From: Candidatus Bathyarchaeota archaeon
Lineage (GTDB): Archaea > Thermoproteota > Bathyarchaeia > Bathyarchaeales > Bathycorpusculaceae
Direction: 5' to 3'
DNA length: 64,000 nt
Assembly: GCA_026014735.1 (NCBI GenBank)
Contig: JAOZHT010000004.1
Location: 93,321 to 157,320, forward strand
Under the pieces are notes generated by a model. It did not search any database, was not told where the DNA came from, and saw only the letters and a list, made by a program, of their open reading frames with translations. The position numbers and the translations under genes were made by a program. Positions 38,827 through 49,090 of the stretch are shown piece after piece. Within the stretch, counting starts at the first letter, position 1, and the number at the start of each line of letters is the position of its first letter.

Positions 38827-41214
38827 CTAACAGCATAACCTCAGACGAATAAATGACAAAAACAGGAATTTTCTTTGGTTAAACTGGATGAACTGCTCTA
38901 TAGATGACCAGCAGCTCTCTAAATACACCTGAACTCCATCGACTTGAACCTGAAAAATGGCTACCTCTTGATTAGCAAACACCAAGCTAAACATTGGGTC
39001 GCTGATGAAGCGTTCAAGCTCAGAGAAGTCACGTAGGACAATGTAGGAAGCGTTTAGGTTCAATATTGCTTGACGGTAATCAAAGAGGTCAAGCGGAGAA
39101 TCAATTGTTTTTTCAGCGCAGGTTATCGAATTGTTGGCTAACAGCGTTAAGAGACCTGCCTGTGTAGCGGATGCCGAGTCAAGCTGGGGGTACTCGAAAA
39201 CCGCGACGGAAAAACTAACCTCCTGATAGTGACCTGTAAGCGAGAAGAGCATATCAAAAGAACCCTCAGATGCCTGCGCCACAGTGGGGTATAAAACAGC
39301 GAAAATCAGTTGCCCCGCCGCATCCACATACGGATCCTTTAGCCCAATGTATGAGTTGTTTTCAACGATAATTTCACTGTTAGTCTGCACCCCAAAGCTG
39401 ATGCTGATAAAGTCGACAGCGGAGTCACCACTGGATATGGTTTGGGTCATATTGACAAAGCCCATGCCTTGGTTAACTGTGGCTTTTTGAGTCAGATTAA
39501 AAAACGCATTTTCCCATGTAACACAGATAGCTGCCGAGTTAGACGAGTTCTCAAGATGCATTTCCTTAAGCGTAAGCTCTGAAACCTTAACCATGCGTAC
39601 TTCTCCACCGACGCTATAGGTGATGACGGTTTGGCTGTTGTTGAAGTTGAGGAAGGGATAGGGATAATACTGGTTGCTTAATTTGACAAGGAACTGAGGG
39701 TTACAAGCTGCCAGATAGCCTCCGTCCTCTCTAATTTGGAGCAACCCGTTATCAACCAGATAGTCGGTGTCAAGAAGCCGAATCGCCAACTGGGCAGGCA
39801 CAAATTCTCGTGCGTTGGTAAGAAAAATCGGCTCCACGCCACCCACAGTTTTCCGCTGGGCGCCTCCAAGCCACCAGCCATACAAGGCATCAGATACCAA
39901 AACGGAATCCGGCGGCGTGTTGGTTTTGATCCACTGCATCGCCTCGTAGCCCGGCTGAGTCATAACTTGAAGTCCTTTCTGCAAGCGGAAGCCTTCAGGG
40001 GGAGTCATGGAGAAGTGGGGCAGCCAGAAAAAGGCGGCAAGAATCAAGATAGCCGCGAAAAACGCTGTGAGTGCACGGTTGGATGGATGGGAAATGCCGC
40101 GAGTCTGGATACAGGCAAGTCTTGTTTGAAGCAGCCGCATCGGAGCGGATAGCAGTTGCTTGCTGTTTTTCGCTAATAGCTGAGCGCCGAAAAAGATGCC
40201 GGCTCCCACCAGAATGGTCAGTGGCAAGGCAGCGAAGTAGAGGAAGCGTTCGTAGTCCATGTATAAGCCCACGAGGTAGGATTGAGTTAGGACAGTTGGG
40301 ATAATCAGCCATGAGGCAAAGAGAAGGGTGGTGAATCGCATATTTACTTGGGTGTACTTGAGGAGTGCAGGGTACAGTAGGGAAATGGCGAAGAAGGGCA
40401 TAACAAACTGCACAGGGATAAGCCTCATGGGAAGCAGCAGGCTTTGAATATCCGGTGAGCCACCAGTGTACAGGGGCGAGTTCAGGTTCAGATAGAAAGG
40501 AGCGGCCTGAACTAGGAAGGGCAAGACCACCAAGGCGCCGACGAAGGGGGGAATAAGCCATTCCAAAACCTCTTTCCTCCCAACGCCCACCTGATGCGGA
40601 AAACACAGACCCATCAGAACCACAGCAGAAACTATCGCCATAAACAGGACGGCGCTAAGAGAATGCGTAAGAAATATAGTTGCTGAAAGCAGTGAAGCCA
40701 CCGCTAAACGCGGCATCCTTGAAAACCGGTTTTTCTCTAGCAGCAGATAGAATACCAGTGGAATAAGCGTCAGAGTGACAGTGTTTGGGTAGCCTGACCA
40801 CAGCAACATGAAGATGTCATAGTATGAAACCCCCACTAGGAAAGCAACGATTAACGCTGCGGATTCATTGAAGACCCGACGAGTCATCAAGAAGGCAACA
40901 AGCACCAGCAGCGAAGAGAAAAGCACCGCGGCAAGCGCCTGCGCTAAATAATCGGGCAGCGCCGTGAAAAACATGATGCTTGAAACGAATATGTGGAAGC
41001 CGGGAAACGTGTTTGAGGTGCCGCCGCCCATATGGTAGTAGTTCCACATATAGTCTGTGCCGCCGCCCTGCGTTATAGAGTAGATGAGGCTGTTGTGGAG
41101 TCCGATGTCGGCTCCGGGCGGGAATCCTGTGTCCAAAACGAGGACGACGCGGTAGATGGCGGCAAACAAAGCGATGAGGAGGAGTAAAACATAGCTTTTT
41201 TTGGTCCCCAGCAT
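38827..41214 (-). CDS. GT-C fold (AglB/STT3/PMT-like) polytopic glycosyltransferase, paralog 1
   Basis: About 12 TM helices; first-loop GADIGLH; C-terminal AMQWIKTNTPPDSVLVSDALYGWWL. Confidence 0.75.
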   Translation of the reverse strand: MLGTKKSYVLLLLIALFAAIYRVVLVLDTGFPPGADIGLHNSLIYSITQGGGTDYMWNYYHMGGGTSNTFPGFHIFVSSIMFFTALPDYLAQALAAVLFSSLLVLVAFLMTRRVFNESAALIVAFLVGVSYYDIFMLLWSGYPNTVTLTLIPLVFYLLLEKNRFSRMPRLAVASLLSATIFLTHSLSAVLFMAIVSAVVLMGLCFPHQVGVGRKEVLEWLIPPFVGALVVLPFLVQAAPFYLNLNSPLYTGGSPDIQSLLLPMRLIPVQFVMPFFAISLLYPALLKYTQVNMRFTTLLFASWLIIPTVLTQSYLVGLYMDYERFLYFAALPLTILVGAGIFFGAQLLAKNSKQLLSAPMRLLQTRLACIQTRGISHPSNRALTAFFAAILILAAFFWLPHFSMTPPEGFRLQKGLQVMTQPGYEAMQWIKTNTPPDSVLVSDALYGWWLGGAQRKTVGGVEPIFLTNAREFVPAQLAIRLLDTDYLVDNGLLQIREDGGYLAACNPQFLVKLSNQYYPYPFLNFNNSQTVITYSVGGEVRMVKVSELTLKEMHLENSSNSAAICVTWENAFFNLTQKATVNQGMGFVNMTQTISSGDSAVDFISISFGVQTNSEIIVENNSYIGLKDPYVDAAGQLIFAVLYPTVAQASEGSFDMLFSLTGHYQEVSFSVAVFEYPQLDSASATQAGLLTLLANNSITCAEKTIDSPLDLFDYRQAILNLNASYIVLRDFSELERFISDPMFSLVFANQEVAIFQVQVDGVQVYLESCWSSIEQFIQFNQRKFLFLSFIRLRLCC

Positions 41215-41359
41215 TCCTGCCTTTTCCCCAGTGCTCAGATAGCAGGTTGCCAGTTAAATGGTTTCCTAACATAGAGGGAATGGAATTAGAGAATTTGTGG
41301 CAGGTGGGTTTTCTAAAACTTTATAATTCCCCACGGTCAAGTGACATTCGGCGATTTGC

Positions 41360-42106
41360 TTGATTGCTTTGCCTGAGCTGATTTCAAACGTGAACTGGCT
41401 GCTTTCAAACCCCATCGACTTAAAGGGGCTAACAGGGGATATTTGGGCTTGGGCATCGGTTCCCCATGTAAAGGGGGTTTTGAGTGAGCTACTGGCAGTT
41501 CTTAAAAAACACGATGTTTCTGCAACTTTTTTTATTTCAGGGGTCTGCGCCCGGCAGAACAGAGAGGAGGTGCGTGGGATAGCTGAGGCTGGACACGAGA
41601 TAGGGCTCCATGGCTATAGACACGTCCCCTATGATATGCCCAAAGCCGAAATGCTCCGGGACATGGCGGAAGCAGTTTCGGTTTTCCGGGAAATGAGCAT
41701 CGGCGTCACCGGTTTTAGGGCGCCATGGCTAATTTCCAACGAAGACACCTACCGCACAGCTCAACGGTTCGGCTTAACGTATGTGTCTAATTACAGCGCC
41801 AAAAAAGGTCCCCAAAAACTCGAAAAGTACAATCTGGTGGAGCTGCCGATTTACCTTGAAGACCAGTCGCTGCTGAAAAGCAACGCCGTGCAGATTCTGC
41901 TGGACTCGGCCCAAGCAGGAAGAGTGTTCGAGTTTCATCTGCTGTATGTGCGGCGCAGCATGCAGATCCTCGATGAATTTCTAGGCAAACTGGAAATCGA
42001 TGCAACAACCCTCTCTGAAGTTGCCGCTGGACAAGGTGGTGTGGGATTGTCGTTTGATATTGCGTATTTGAATCGGATGGAGTTAATTAAAAAGCTGCTT
42101 TCCTGA
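41360..42106 (+). CDS. Polysaccharide deacetylase (CE4/NodB-like)
   Basis: ATFF, GHEIGLHGYRH, GFRAP, ELPI. Confidence 0.88.
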   Translation: MIALPELISNVNWLLSNPIDLKGLTGDIWAWASVPHVKGVLSELLAVLKKHDVSATFFISGVCARQNREEVRGIAEAGHEIGLHGYRHVPYDMPKAEMLRDMAEAVSVFREMSIGVTGFRAPWLISNEDTYRTAQRFGLTYVSNYSAKKGPQKLEKYNLVELPIYLEDQSLLKSNAVQILLDSAQAGRVFEFHLLYVRRSMQILDEFLGKLEIDATTLSEVAAGQGGVGLSFDIAYLNRMELIKKLLS

Positions 42107-42107
42107 A

Positions 42108-43241
42108 GTGAAATGCTTGAGTGAACTCTTCCTGAACCTTAAAGACGTAGATTTCCAGTATAAATCAAAGGTTTTCTTTGGAATACTATCAAAAAGAGCC
42201 ATGGCTGGCCCATACTTAGTTGTGGTGGCAAGCCAGTACCGATGCAACCACCAATGTATATTCTGCAAGTGGTTCTCACCGATGGCAAAAAAGACAAACC
42301 CGGCTAATTCAAGCATAAACATGGACGTTTACAGGCAGCTTATAGATGAGTTAGCCGCGTTAGGCACCAAGGTCATCCTAATCGGCAACAATGAAGAACC
42401 ATTCATGGATAACCAGTTGACCGAGAAGATTCAATACGCCAAGCAACATGGCTTAGGCTGCTTCGTGATAACCAACGGTTCCCTGCTGACCCAAGAGAAA
42501 GCAGAGAAACTCGTGGACTACCGGCTTGATTACCTTAACGTGAGTTTAAACGCGGCGACACCCCAAACTTACCCGCGAATAAACACAACTGCAACCGACA
42601 AAACCTTCAGCCAGATAGTCTCGACGGTTTCTTTTATCGAGAAACTAAAAGAAGAAAAAGAGTCACTATTTCCCCGCATCCGTTTATCGATGGTGGTTTG
42701 CAACCGTAACTATCAGGACATCGGAGAATTCGTTGAGTTATGCAAGCGGGCTGGGGTGAGAAGCGCGCGGATAAAGCGGCTGATTTGCTCCTCAAAAGAA
42801 ATGGAAGATGAGCTTGAGCTTTCCGCTAGGCAGGAGCAGGAAACCAAAGACCAACTGACTTCGGCCCTAAAATCCGCGGAAAAATACGGCGTCAGCATAG
42901 ATATGGAATGGTCAGAATGGGATAACTCACAGGAAACAGAGCTTAAAGAGAGCCTGCCATGCTATTACGGTTGGCTCTTCAGTGTGGTGGATGCAGATGG
43001 CAGCGTGTATCCCTGCTGCTTCCCAGCGAACGGCGCATCATGCGGTTTTGGCAACATCAACCAAACGGGTTTCCGCAACATCTGGTTCTCCGAGAAATAT
43101 CGACAATTCCGAAAGAAAAGCAGTGACATCGAGGGACGAAGACAAATGGGATATCAGTGTAATCAGCCCTCATGCTTCTTTAACAACATGCAGGTTCATG
43201 AAATTCTGCATAAACCCCACCGCTTCCTAACACAGCTATAA
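42108..43241 (+). CDS. Radical SAM/SPASM(twitch) protein
   Basis: CNHQCIFC (CxxxCxxC), ITNGSLL, C-terminal CYYGW..DGSVYPCC..FGNI..C...C. Confidence 0.92.
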   Translation: MKCLSELFLNLKDVDFQYKSKVFFGILSKRAMAGPYLVVVASQYRCNHQCIFCKWFSPMAKKTNPANSSINMDVYRQLIDELAALGTKVILIGNNEEPFMDNQLTEKIQYAKQHGLGCFVITNGSLLTQEKAEKLVDYRLDYLNVSLNAATPQTYPRINTTATDKTFSQIVSTVSFIEKLKEEKESLFPRIRLSMVVCNRNYQDIGEFVELCKRAGVRSARIKRLICSSKEMEDELELSARQEQETKDQLTSALKSAEKYGVSIDMEWSEWDNSQETELKESLPCYYGWLFSVVDADGSVYPCCFPANGASCGFGNINQTGFRNIWFSEKYRQFRKKSSDIEGRRQMGYQCNQPSCFFNNMQVHEILHKPHRFLTQL

Positions 43242-45606
43242 TTTCCCAGATTCAGGGTTTTTCCAAATGTGAGTTGGTTGTAATTTCCCAAGACTTCAAA
43301 GATGTCGTATCGGCTGTTTTGGTAAACTAAGTGCAGAAACGGGCTCTTTGCTAGTTCAGGCAGAAAAGCTGTGCCTAGAGCCGCGTTGGTCTGATAATCA
43401 AATTGGCTTTGGTCATAGACAATGAAGCGGATGTTGTTTTCCGTTAGGTACTCTTTGTAGCTGCGTGACACCATGGGAAAGGGTGATGCTTTAAGGCTAA
43501 AGAGGCCGGGCAAGCCTTCGGGTTGGAGCGAGGGATAGGTGTCTTTTGTGAGCGCTAAAACCTGGTATTGCCGGCTGACGTTTTGGTTGGCACGGATTTG
43601 CTCAAATTGGTATTGGTAGCGGATTGCATCGATTTGGCGCGTAGCTATTGCGCCGATGTTTCCCCAAGTGGGCAAGTCCGTGAAGTTCATGGCGAAGGCG
43701 GTTTGTTTTTCTTGGTCATAAAGGCCAATGTAGTAGTCATGCATATCTGAACTGGAAAAATCAACGCTCACCCAAGATGCGCTGACAATTTTCGATGGCA
43801 TATCCCAGGGGTTAGTCCAATCCATGAATCCGGGTATCTGGGCTTTATCGAAGTGGAATTCGTGATCAAAGGAAGTCACTAAAGACAGGGTTACATTGGA
43901 GATATCAGCGGTTAAGGGAGTAACTGACCAGGAGATGTTGAGGGGGTACTGGTCATTTTGGGCAAGCAAGGTCTGGGTTAGGGCCACTTGATGGTTGAAG
44001 TAGCTGAATTCGATAGTTTTGGAGCCGTTTGCTTTTTCATTTAACAGGACGGTTCGGCTCAGCTCTGAGAGAACAACAGTGTAATCTACACCGTTTTGAG
44101 TAAACGATAGGAAGTCCCCTTCAAGCGACGAGTAGGAAACCCGGCGCCACAGCTGATTCAGCGAGACATAGGTTTCGTCGGTGACATTATCAATGGGCTC
44201 GTAGGCCCTCAGCATAGTTTGGGGCGCCTCGATTTGGTAATCAAAAGTTAAAATTGAATCGGCAACCGAGTTTGCACCTTCCCAATCGTAGGTCTGCGCG
44301 ATTACAGGTTTCTCCGAAAAAACGGCGAACCAAGCACCGGGATTTAAGGTAACCACAACGTTTGCGGCGTCAGGGTAGTTTTTGCTAAGCCACACTCCAG
44401 CCTCATAGGTGGTTATGTCGGCTCGGGAATTGTAAGCAGCATCCATCAGGACTTCCGCTGAGGTGTTGTAAATATGGAAACCGATTAATGGGCAACCCAC
44501 CAGCGCAATTAAGGCGATGGAGACTATCTTTAGTCGCCTTCTATGCAAGAGCTGCCTATTTCTGAAAAGCGCCGAGATTTTTTCAGCGGCAAAGAAAACG
44601 CAGACGCAGCAAAAATGGCAATTGGAGGCGCCAAGTAGTAGATAAACCATTCAAAGGGCAAAAATAACCCGACAAGATAAGATTTCGCAAAAAAGAAGGG
44701 CACTAAAAGGCTAAGCAACAGCGTAACAAAAACAAGCTGCCGTTTCTGCCGCTTAAGCAGGTAGTATCCGACACCGATCCCGCCTAATGCGAGGAACTGT
44801 ATGAAGCCAAAGTAGAGCAGAAAAGACTCAAAGCTTGTGTAGGGAATATCGACCGCATAGTTCTTGTTGCCTAGAAACATGTGGTAGATTGCTACGTCTA
44901 GGTAGCTTGAGACTGCGGGAAAGTAGAAGGCAAAAAAAGCTACAGCAGCGCCAGTGGCGGTTGCGAGGAAGGCTTTGAGGTAGGTTCCCCGAAATTTTAT
45001 CACCATCAAAAGCATAACAGGCAACATTATGATAACTGCAATGAAAGTGGTGAGTTGATGCGCGACGGCGATGGCGAAGGCAGCGAAAAAGGTCACCACC
45101 ATGTAGCCGAATTGTTTAGCTGCGAAGTAGGCGGAATACAGCAGCAGAACAAGAAAAGCCATCCCCAACGCGGTGGTGTAGCCGCCCCATGTGTTAAGAA
45201 AATAAATCGGATAACACATCGATAGAAAAACGGCGGCGAGGGCACCTGTTTTTTTGTTAAAGAATTTTCTGCCGACCAAATAAACAGAGAAAAATACAAG
45301 CCAATCCACAGCCACCGCCAACACTTTCTCCAGAAAAATCTTTTGCCCCACATCAACGATGCCGCCAAACGAAAAAGCCATTGCAAGCAAAACCTCAAAA
45401 AGAGGCGGCAGCCAGCCAACGTTGCCGAGGGAAATTTGCCCCGTCTGCAAGAACATCTGGGCTTTTGCCAGGTGAACTGCGGGGTCGTTTCCCAAAATCA
45501 GCCCGTTAGCGGATATAAGTGCATAGAAAAGGGCAGCGATAAGCAGCGAAAAACCGCCTAGAAAGGCGATTTCAAGTTTTTTTTCTCTTGATAGTTTGTC
45601 CATCAA
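43196..45606 (-). pseudogene. GT-C glycosyltransferase paralog 2, split by a single-base frameshift near 44578-44615
   Basis: ORFs 44530..45606 (TM half, GNDPAVH) and 43196..44650 (soluble half, WLSKNYP) join to ~803 aa with one added base, matching the other two paralogs in size. Confidence 0.75.
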
Positions 45607-45611
45607 AGTGC

Positions 45612-47912
45612 TCAGCTATCCTTTGGTTGCGGGGGGTTTGATTGCACTTGGAAGATGGCGACTTCTTTGTTGATAAAGGCAAGACTGAAATGGGGGTCAT
45701 CTTTGTATTTGGGGTTTAAATCGAAGTCGCGGTTCACAACATATGAGACGTTGTATTGTTGCAGGGCAGCTTTGTAGTCAAAGACGACGAGGGGCAAATC
45801 GGGAGCTGACAGGGGGTCTTCCAGGTTGCCGCTTACTGCCTCTTTGAGGGCAGCGGGGTTTTGGGTTGCCTCTTCGGTTAACGGGTATATACCCACTAAG
45901 ATTTGGATCTCCACCATGGATTTACCCTGCAGGTTATAGGAGAGTTGAGTGACACAGGGGCCCTGTGCATAAATGATGCTTACTGAGGGCTGGTTCCCCG
46001 CGAAAATAAGTTGCCCGCATAGCTGCACCTCCGAGTCAACGATGGCTAGGGTGTTGCTGAATTGCTGCTCCAGTTTACCCGGCGACGTAACAGTGAGGTT
46101 TAGCCAATCAAGAGACAGGGCAGGATTGCTGCTTTGAACATTTATGGTTAGGTTTGCAAACAAGGTGCCCTTTGTCAGGGTGGTTGCTTCGGAGAAGCTA
46201 AGGTCATCGTTCGCTTTGTTGACCACTACCGATGGGCAGTCGCTTTTTTCTCCCACCAACCGCATGTCAGTAGCCGCCAAATCAGCGATGGTGATGGAAT
46301 GCTGCGTGCCGTAGGCATCATGGGACACCAAGGTGATGGCGCTGCTGTTGAACCCGAAAAAGGGGTATGGGATGTTGGTCGTGTTTAGGTTTGCCAGAAA
46401 TTGGGGGTTGTGTCTGGCGAGGTATCCGCCGTCTTCGCGGACTTGGATGTAGCCGTTGTCCAGCAGGTAGTCGGTGTCAAGCAGATATGAGACGTTGCGG
46501 GATATGGCTACTTCGCGGCTAAGCGAAATCGCCTGAAAATCAACATCAGTTATTGTTGGCCGCTGTCCAACCCCTGCCAGCCACCACCCATACCCCATCT
46601 CCGAAGCAAACACGGAAGCCGCAGGCGTGTTCTGTTTAGCCCACTCAATCGCATGGTAGCCTTCATCGTCCATAACTTGATAAAAGCCCTGAAGCCCAAC
46701 GCCGCCACTCCAGGGATAGCTGAAGATAGGAAGACTCAAAGTTACCAGAAGCATCAAGGCTAAAAGAAAGCCGCCGTAAACTGCGCGAACGGAGGTTTTA
46801 GGCATGATTTTCACGAGTTTGCCAATGACCCCTTTTTTCCGCGCAACCCCGTGGATGACACTTAGCAGCATAGCCAGACGATTTGAGGCATAATCAAACG
46901 TTAAGGCAAACAGCATTAATATTGGATAAATCAAAAAGTAGATGAACCGAATAGAGTCCAGATACACCCCAAACAGGAAACCTAAAGTCAGCAGCAGCGG
47001 AACAAAAAGCCACATAACCACCAGAAAAGTCGGCCACAAAATAAGCTGCTTCTTATACTCCCTGGAATACAGGAAAAGCAAAGCTATGCCTGCGAAAAAC
47101 GCCAATGTCACAACAAGAGGAATCGAGCGGTACTCAAGCAGAGCCTGAGCTACTACGGGAGCGCCCAGTAGCGTCGCGCTTTCACCCATATAAATCGGCG
47201 CCGCTGAAGCCAAAAAGGGCAAGACAAGGACCGCTCCGATAACTAACGGCAATGCACAGTAGAACACGTTTTTTCGGGAGGTGCTTAAGGCTTTGGGGAA
47301 AACCAGCGCGGCGAGCAATGCGGCTGCGGTTATGCCTATGAAGACGGCGGCGCTCAAGGAATGGCTAAGCAGTATGGCTGCAGCTAAAAGGGAAGCTGCA
47401 ATTAGAAAAGCAGCATTTGTGAATTTTTCTCTTTTCAGAAACAAGTAGAAGACGGTCGGCATCAGAAAAAGCACAGTTATGTTTGGGTAACCGCCCCAGC
47501 AGAGAATCTCGATGTCCCAGCGCGAAACCGCAACCAAAAACGCCGTGACCAACGCAATAGAGTCATTCCACACCAACCGTGTAACCAAAAAAACCGAGAG
47601 CACCACAAGTGAAGAAAACAGTGCGGCAACAAGAGCCTGCGCTAAATAAACGGGCAAAGCGGTCAAAAGCATGATCTGTGAAGCTACAATGTGGAAGCCT
47701 GGGAATTCAAGCTCGACTCCTCCGCCCATCTGGTAGTAGTTGTAGAGGAAGTTGGTGTTGCCTGACTGCGTGATGGAGTTTACAACGCCGGAGTGGAAGC
47801 CTATGTCGGCTCCGGGGGGATAGGCCTGCCAAGTCACTAAGAAAACACGGTAGATAAAGGCGAAAACAAAGATTCCGAGCAACAGCGCAATCTTCCTATC
47901 CATCCTAAGCAT
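45612..47912 (-). CDS. GT-C glycosyltransferase paralog 3
   Basis: YPPGADIGFH, FPGFHI, WGGYPN, AIEWAKQNTP..SEMGYGWWL, LLDTDYLLDNG..QVREDGGY, all closely matched in paralog 1. Confidence 0.78.
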   Translation of the reverse strand: MLRMDRKIALLLGIFVFAFIYRVFLVTWQAYPPGADIGFHSGVVNSITQSGNTNFLYNYYQMGGGVELEFPGFHIVASQIMLLTALPVYLAQALVAALFSSLVVLSVFLVTRLVWNDSIALVTAFLVAVSRWDIEILCWGGYPNITVLFLMPTVFYLFLKREKFTNAAFLIAASLLAAAILLSHSLSAAVFIGITAAALLAALVFPKALSTSRKNVFYCALPLVIGAVLVLPFLASAAPIYMGESATLLGAPVVAQALLEYRSIPLVVTLAFFAGIALLFLYSREYKKQLILWPTFLVVMWLFVPLLLTLGFLFGVYLDSIRFIYFLIYPILMLFALTFDYASNRLAMLLSVIHGVARKKGVIGKLVKIMPKTSVRAVYGGFLLALMLLVTLSLPIFSYPWSGGVGLQGFYQVMDDEGYHAIEWAKQNTPAASVFASEMGYGWWLAGVGQRPTITDVDFQAISLSREVAISRNVSYLLDTDYLLDNGYIQVREDGGYLARHNPQFLANLNTTNIPYPFFGFNSSAITLVSHDAYGTQHSITIADLAATDMRLVGEKSDCPSVVVNKANDDLSFSEATTLTKGTLFANLTINVQSSNPALSLDWLNLTVTSPGKLEQQFSNTLAIVDSEVQLCGQLIFAGNQPSVSIIYAQGPCVTQLSYNLQGKSMVEIQILVGIYPLTEEATQNPAALKEAVSGNLEDPLSAPDLPLVVFDYKAALQQYNVSYVVNRDFDLNPKYKDDPHFSLAFINKEVAIFQVQSNPPQPKDS

Positions 47913-48001
47913 GGTTTTCCCCCATAGGTTTCTGCGCTTTCACGTTTGAGGCTATCTCAACTTCTAACTTAAAGCTTGACATGGAAAGCAAGATCAGTGC
48001 C

Positions 48002-49090
48002 TCATTTTCGTCCTGCTTCCAAGGCAAATTTAAGCAACTCCTCAGCTGTACGGTCCCATGAAAACCCACGTGAGTACTTTAACGCGTTTCGGGATAGTTC
48101 TGCCCTTAAATCGCCATCCGAAAGTAAAGCGGTAAGTGCATCCGCTAAGGCCGCCACGTTTCCGCTATCCACCAGCAGCCCTGTTCGGTTATGCTGCACG
48201 GAATCCTTCAGCCCCGGCACATCATAAGCCACAGCGGGCACCCCCAGAGCATTAGCTTCAATAACGTTTAAGCCCCAGCCCTCGCGGATTCCCGGATGAA
48301 CCAGCACCCAACCCTGCGCTATCAACCTGCGGCGTTCATCGTCAGCTATTCGCCCAAGAAACCTCACGCCTTCACCCGCCAGCCTCTCTAGCTCACACCT
48401 GATGGGTCCATCGCCGATGATCCAGAGTTCTGCCTCGGGAACCTTCTGTTTTACTTTTTCGAAGGCAGCTATGGCGTGGCTTGGCCGTTTGGCTTTCTTT
48501 AGTCGCCCGGAATAAACGATTACGGGATGACTGCTTTTTTGGGGCAGCGTAGGTAGGGGCTTAAAGTTTAAGCCTTCAGGTACAACGGAAACGTGCTTGA
48601 AACCCAGAGTTGCCAGATCCATGCGGGTGCTCTCTGACACCGTGACCGTCGGCACATCGACGTATCTGCGCAGCCACCTGTCCTCGAGGCGGTAGCCCAC
48701 GGCGTTCATGGGAAAGCCTGTTTCGAGGTACCAGTACTCGCGGGCCAGCTGATGAATCAAAGCCACCACATGCTCACCGTTTTCAAGGAATTTTGGAGCA
48801 AAAAAGGGGCGCGTGTTGATTTCGTCAACTACCAAGTCAAAGTGTTCGTTCTTTAAGCTTTTTTTGAAGAACCTTTTGGCTTCATTGTAAACTGAGAAGC
48901 GACCGCCTGACCTAACAACCCTCACCCCATCGAGGGTTTCCTCGCCTTTGCAGCCGGCGAAGGCAGCGGTAAACAGGGTCACTTCGTGTCCAGCCTTAAC
49001 CCAGCGCTTGGCAACCTCACATGTGAAGACCTCAGCGCCGCCCATCTCGGGGTTTAGCCAGCAGCGCCAATTAAAAATCAGAATCCGCAT
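48002..49090 (-). CDS. Glycosyltransferase family 4
   Basis: GGAE, GRLKKAK, EGWGLNVIEA (EX7E), DVPGL. Confidence 0.93.
   Translation of the reverse strand: MRILIFNWRCWLNPEMGGAEVFTCEVAKRWVKAGHEVTLFTAAFAGCKGEETLDGVRVVRSGGRFSVYNEAKRFFKKSLKNEHFDLVVDEINTRPFFAPKFLENGEHVVALIHQLAREYWYLETGFPMNAVGYRLEDRWLRRYVDVPTVTVSESTRMDLATLGFKHVSVVPEGLNFKPLPTLPQKSSHPVIVYSGRLKKAKRPSHAIAAFEKVKQKVPEAELWIIGDGPIRCELERLAGEGVRFLGRIADDERRRLIAQGWVLVHPGIREGWGLNVIEANALGVPAVAYDVPGLKDSVQHNRTGLLVDSGNVAALADALTALLSDGDLRAELSRNALKYSRGFSWDRTAEELLKFALEAGRK

Noticed and set aside
41215..43300. Invertible (phase-variable) segment carrying the deacetylase and radical SAM genes
   Set aside because: No convincing flanking inverted repeats and no recombinase gene in the window.
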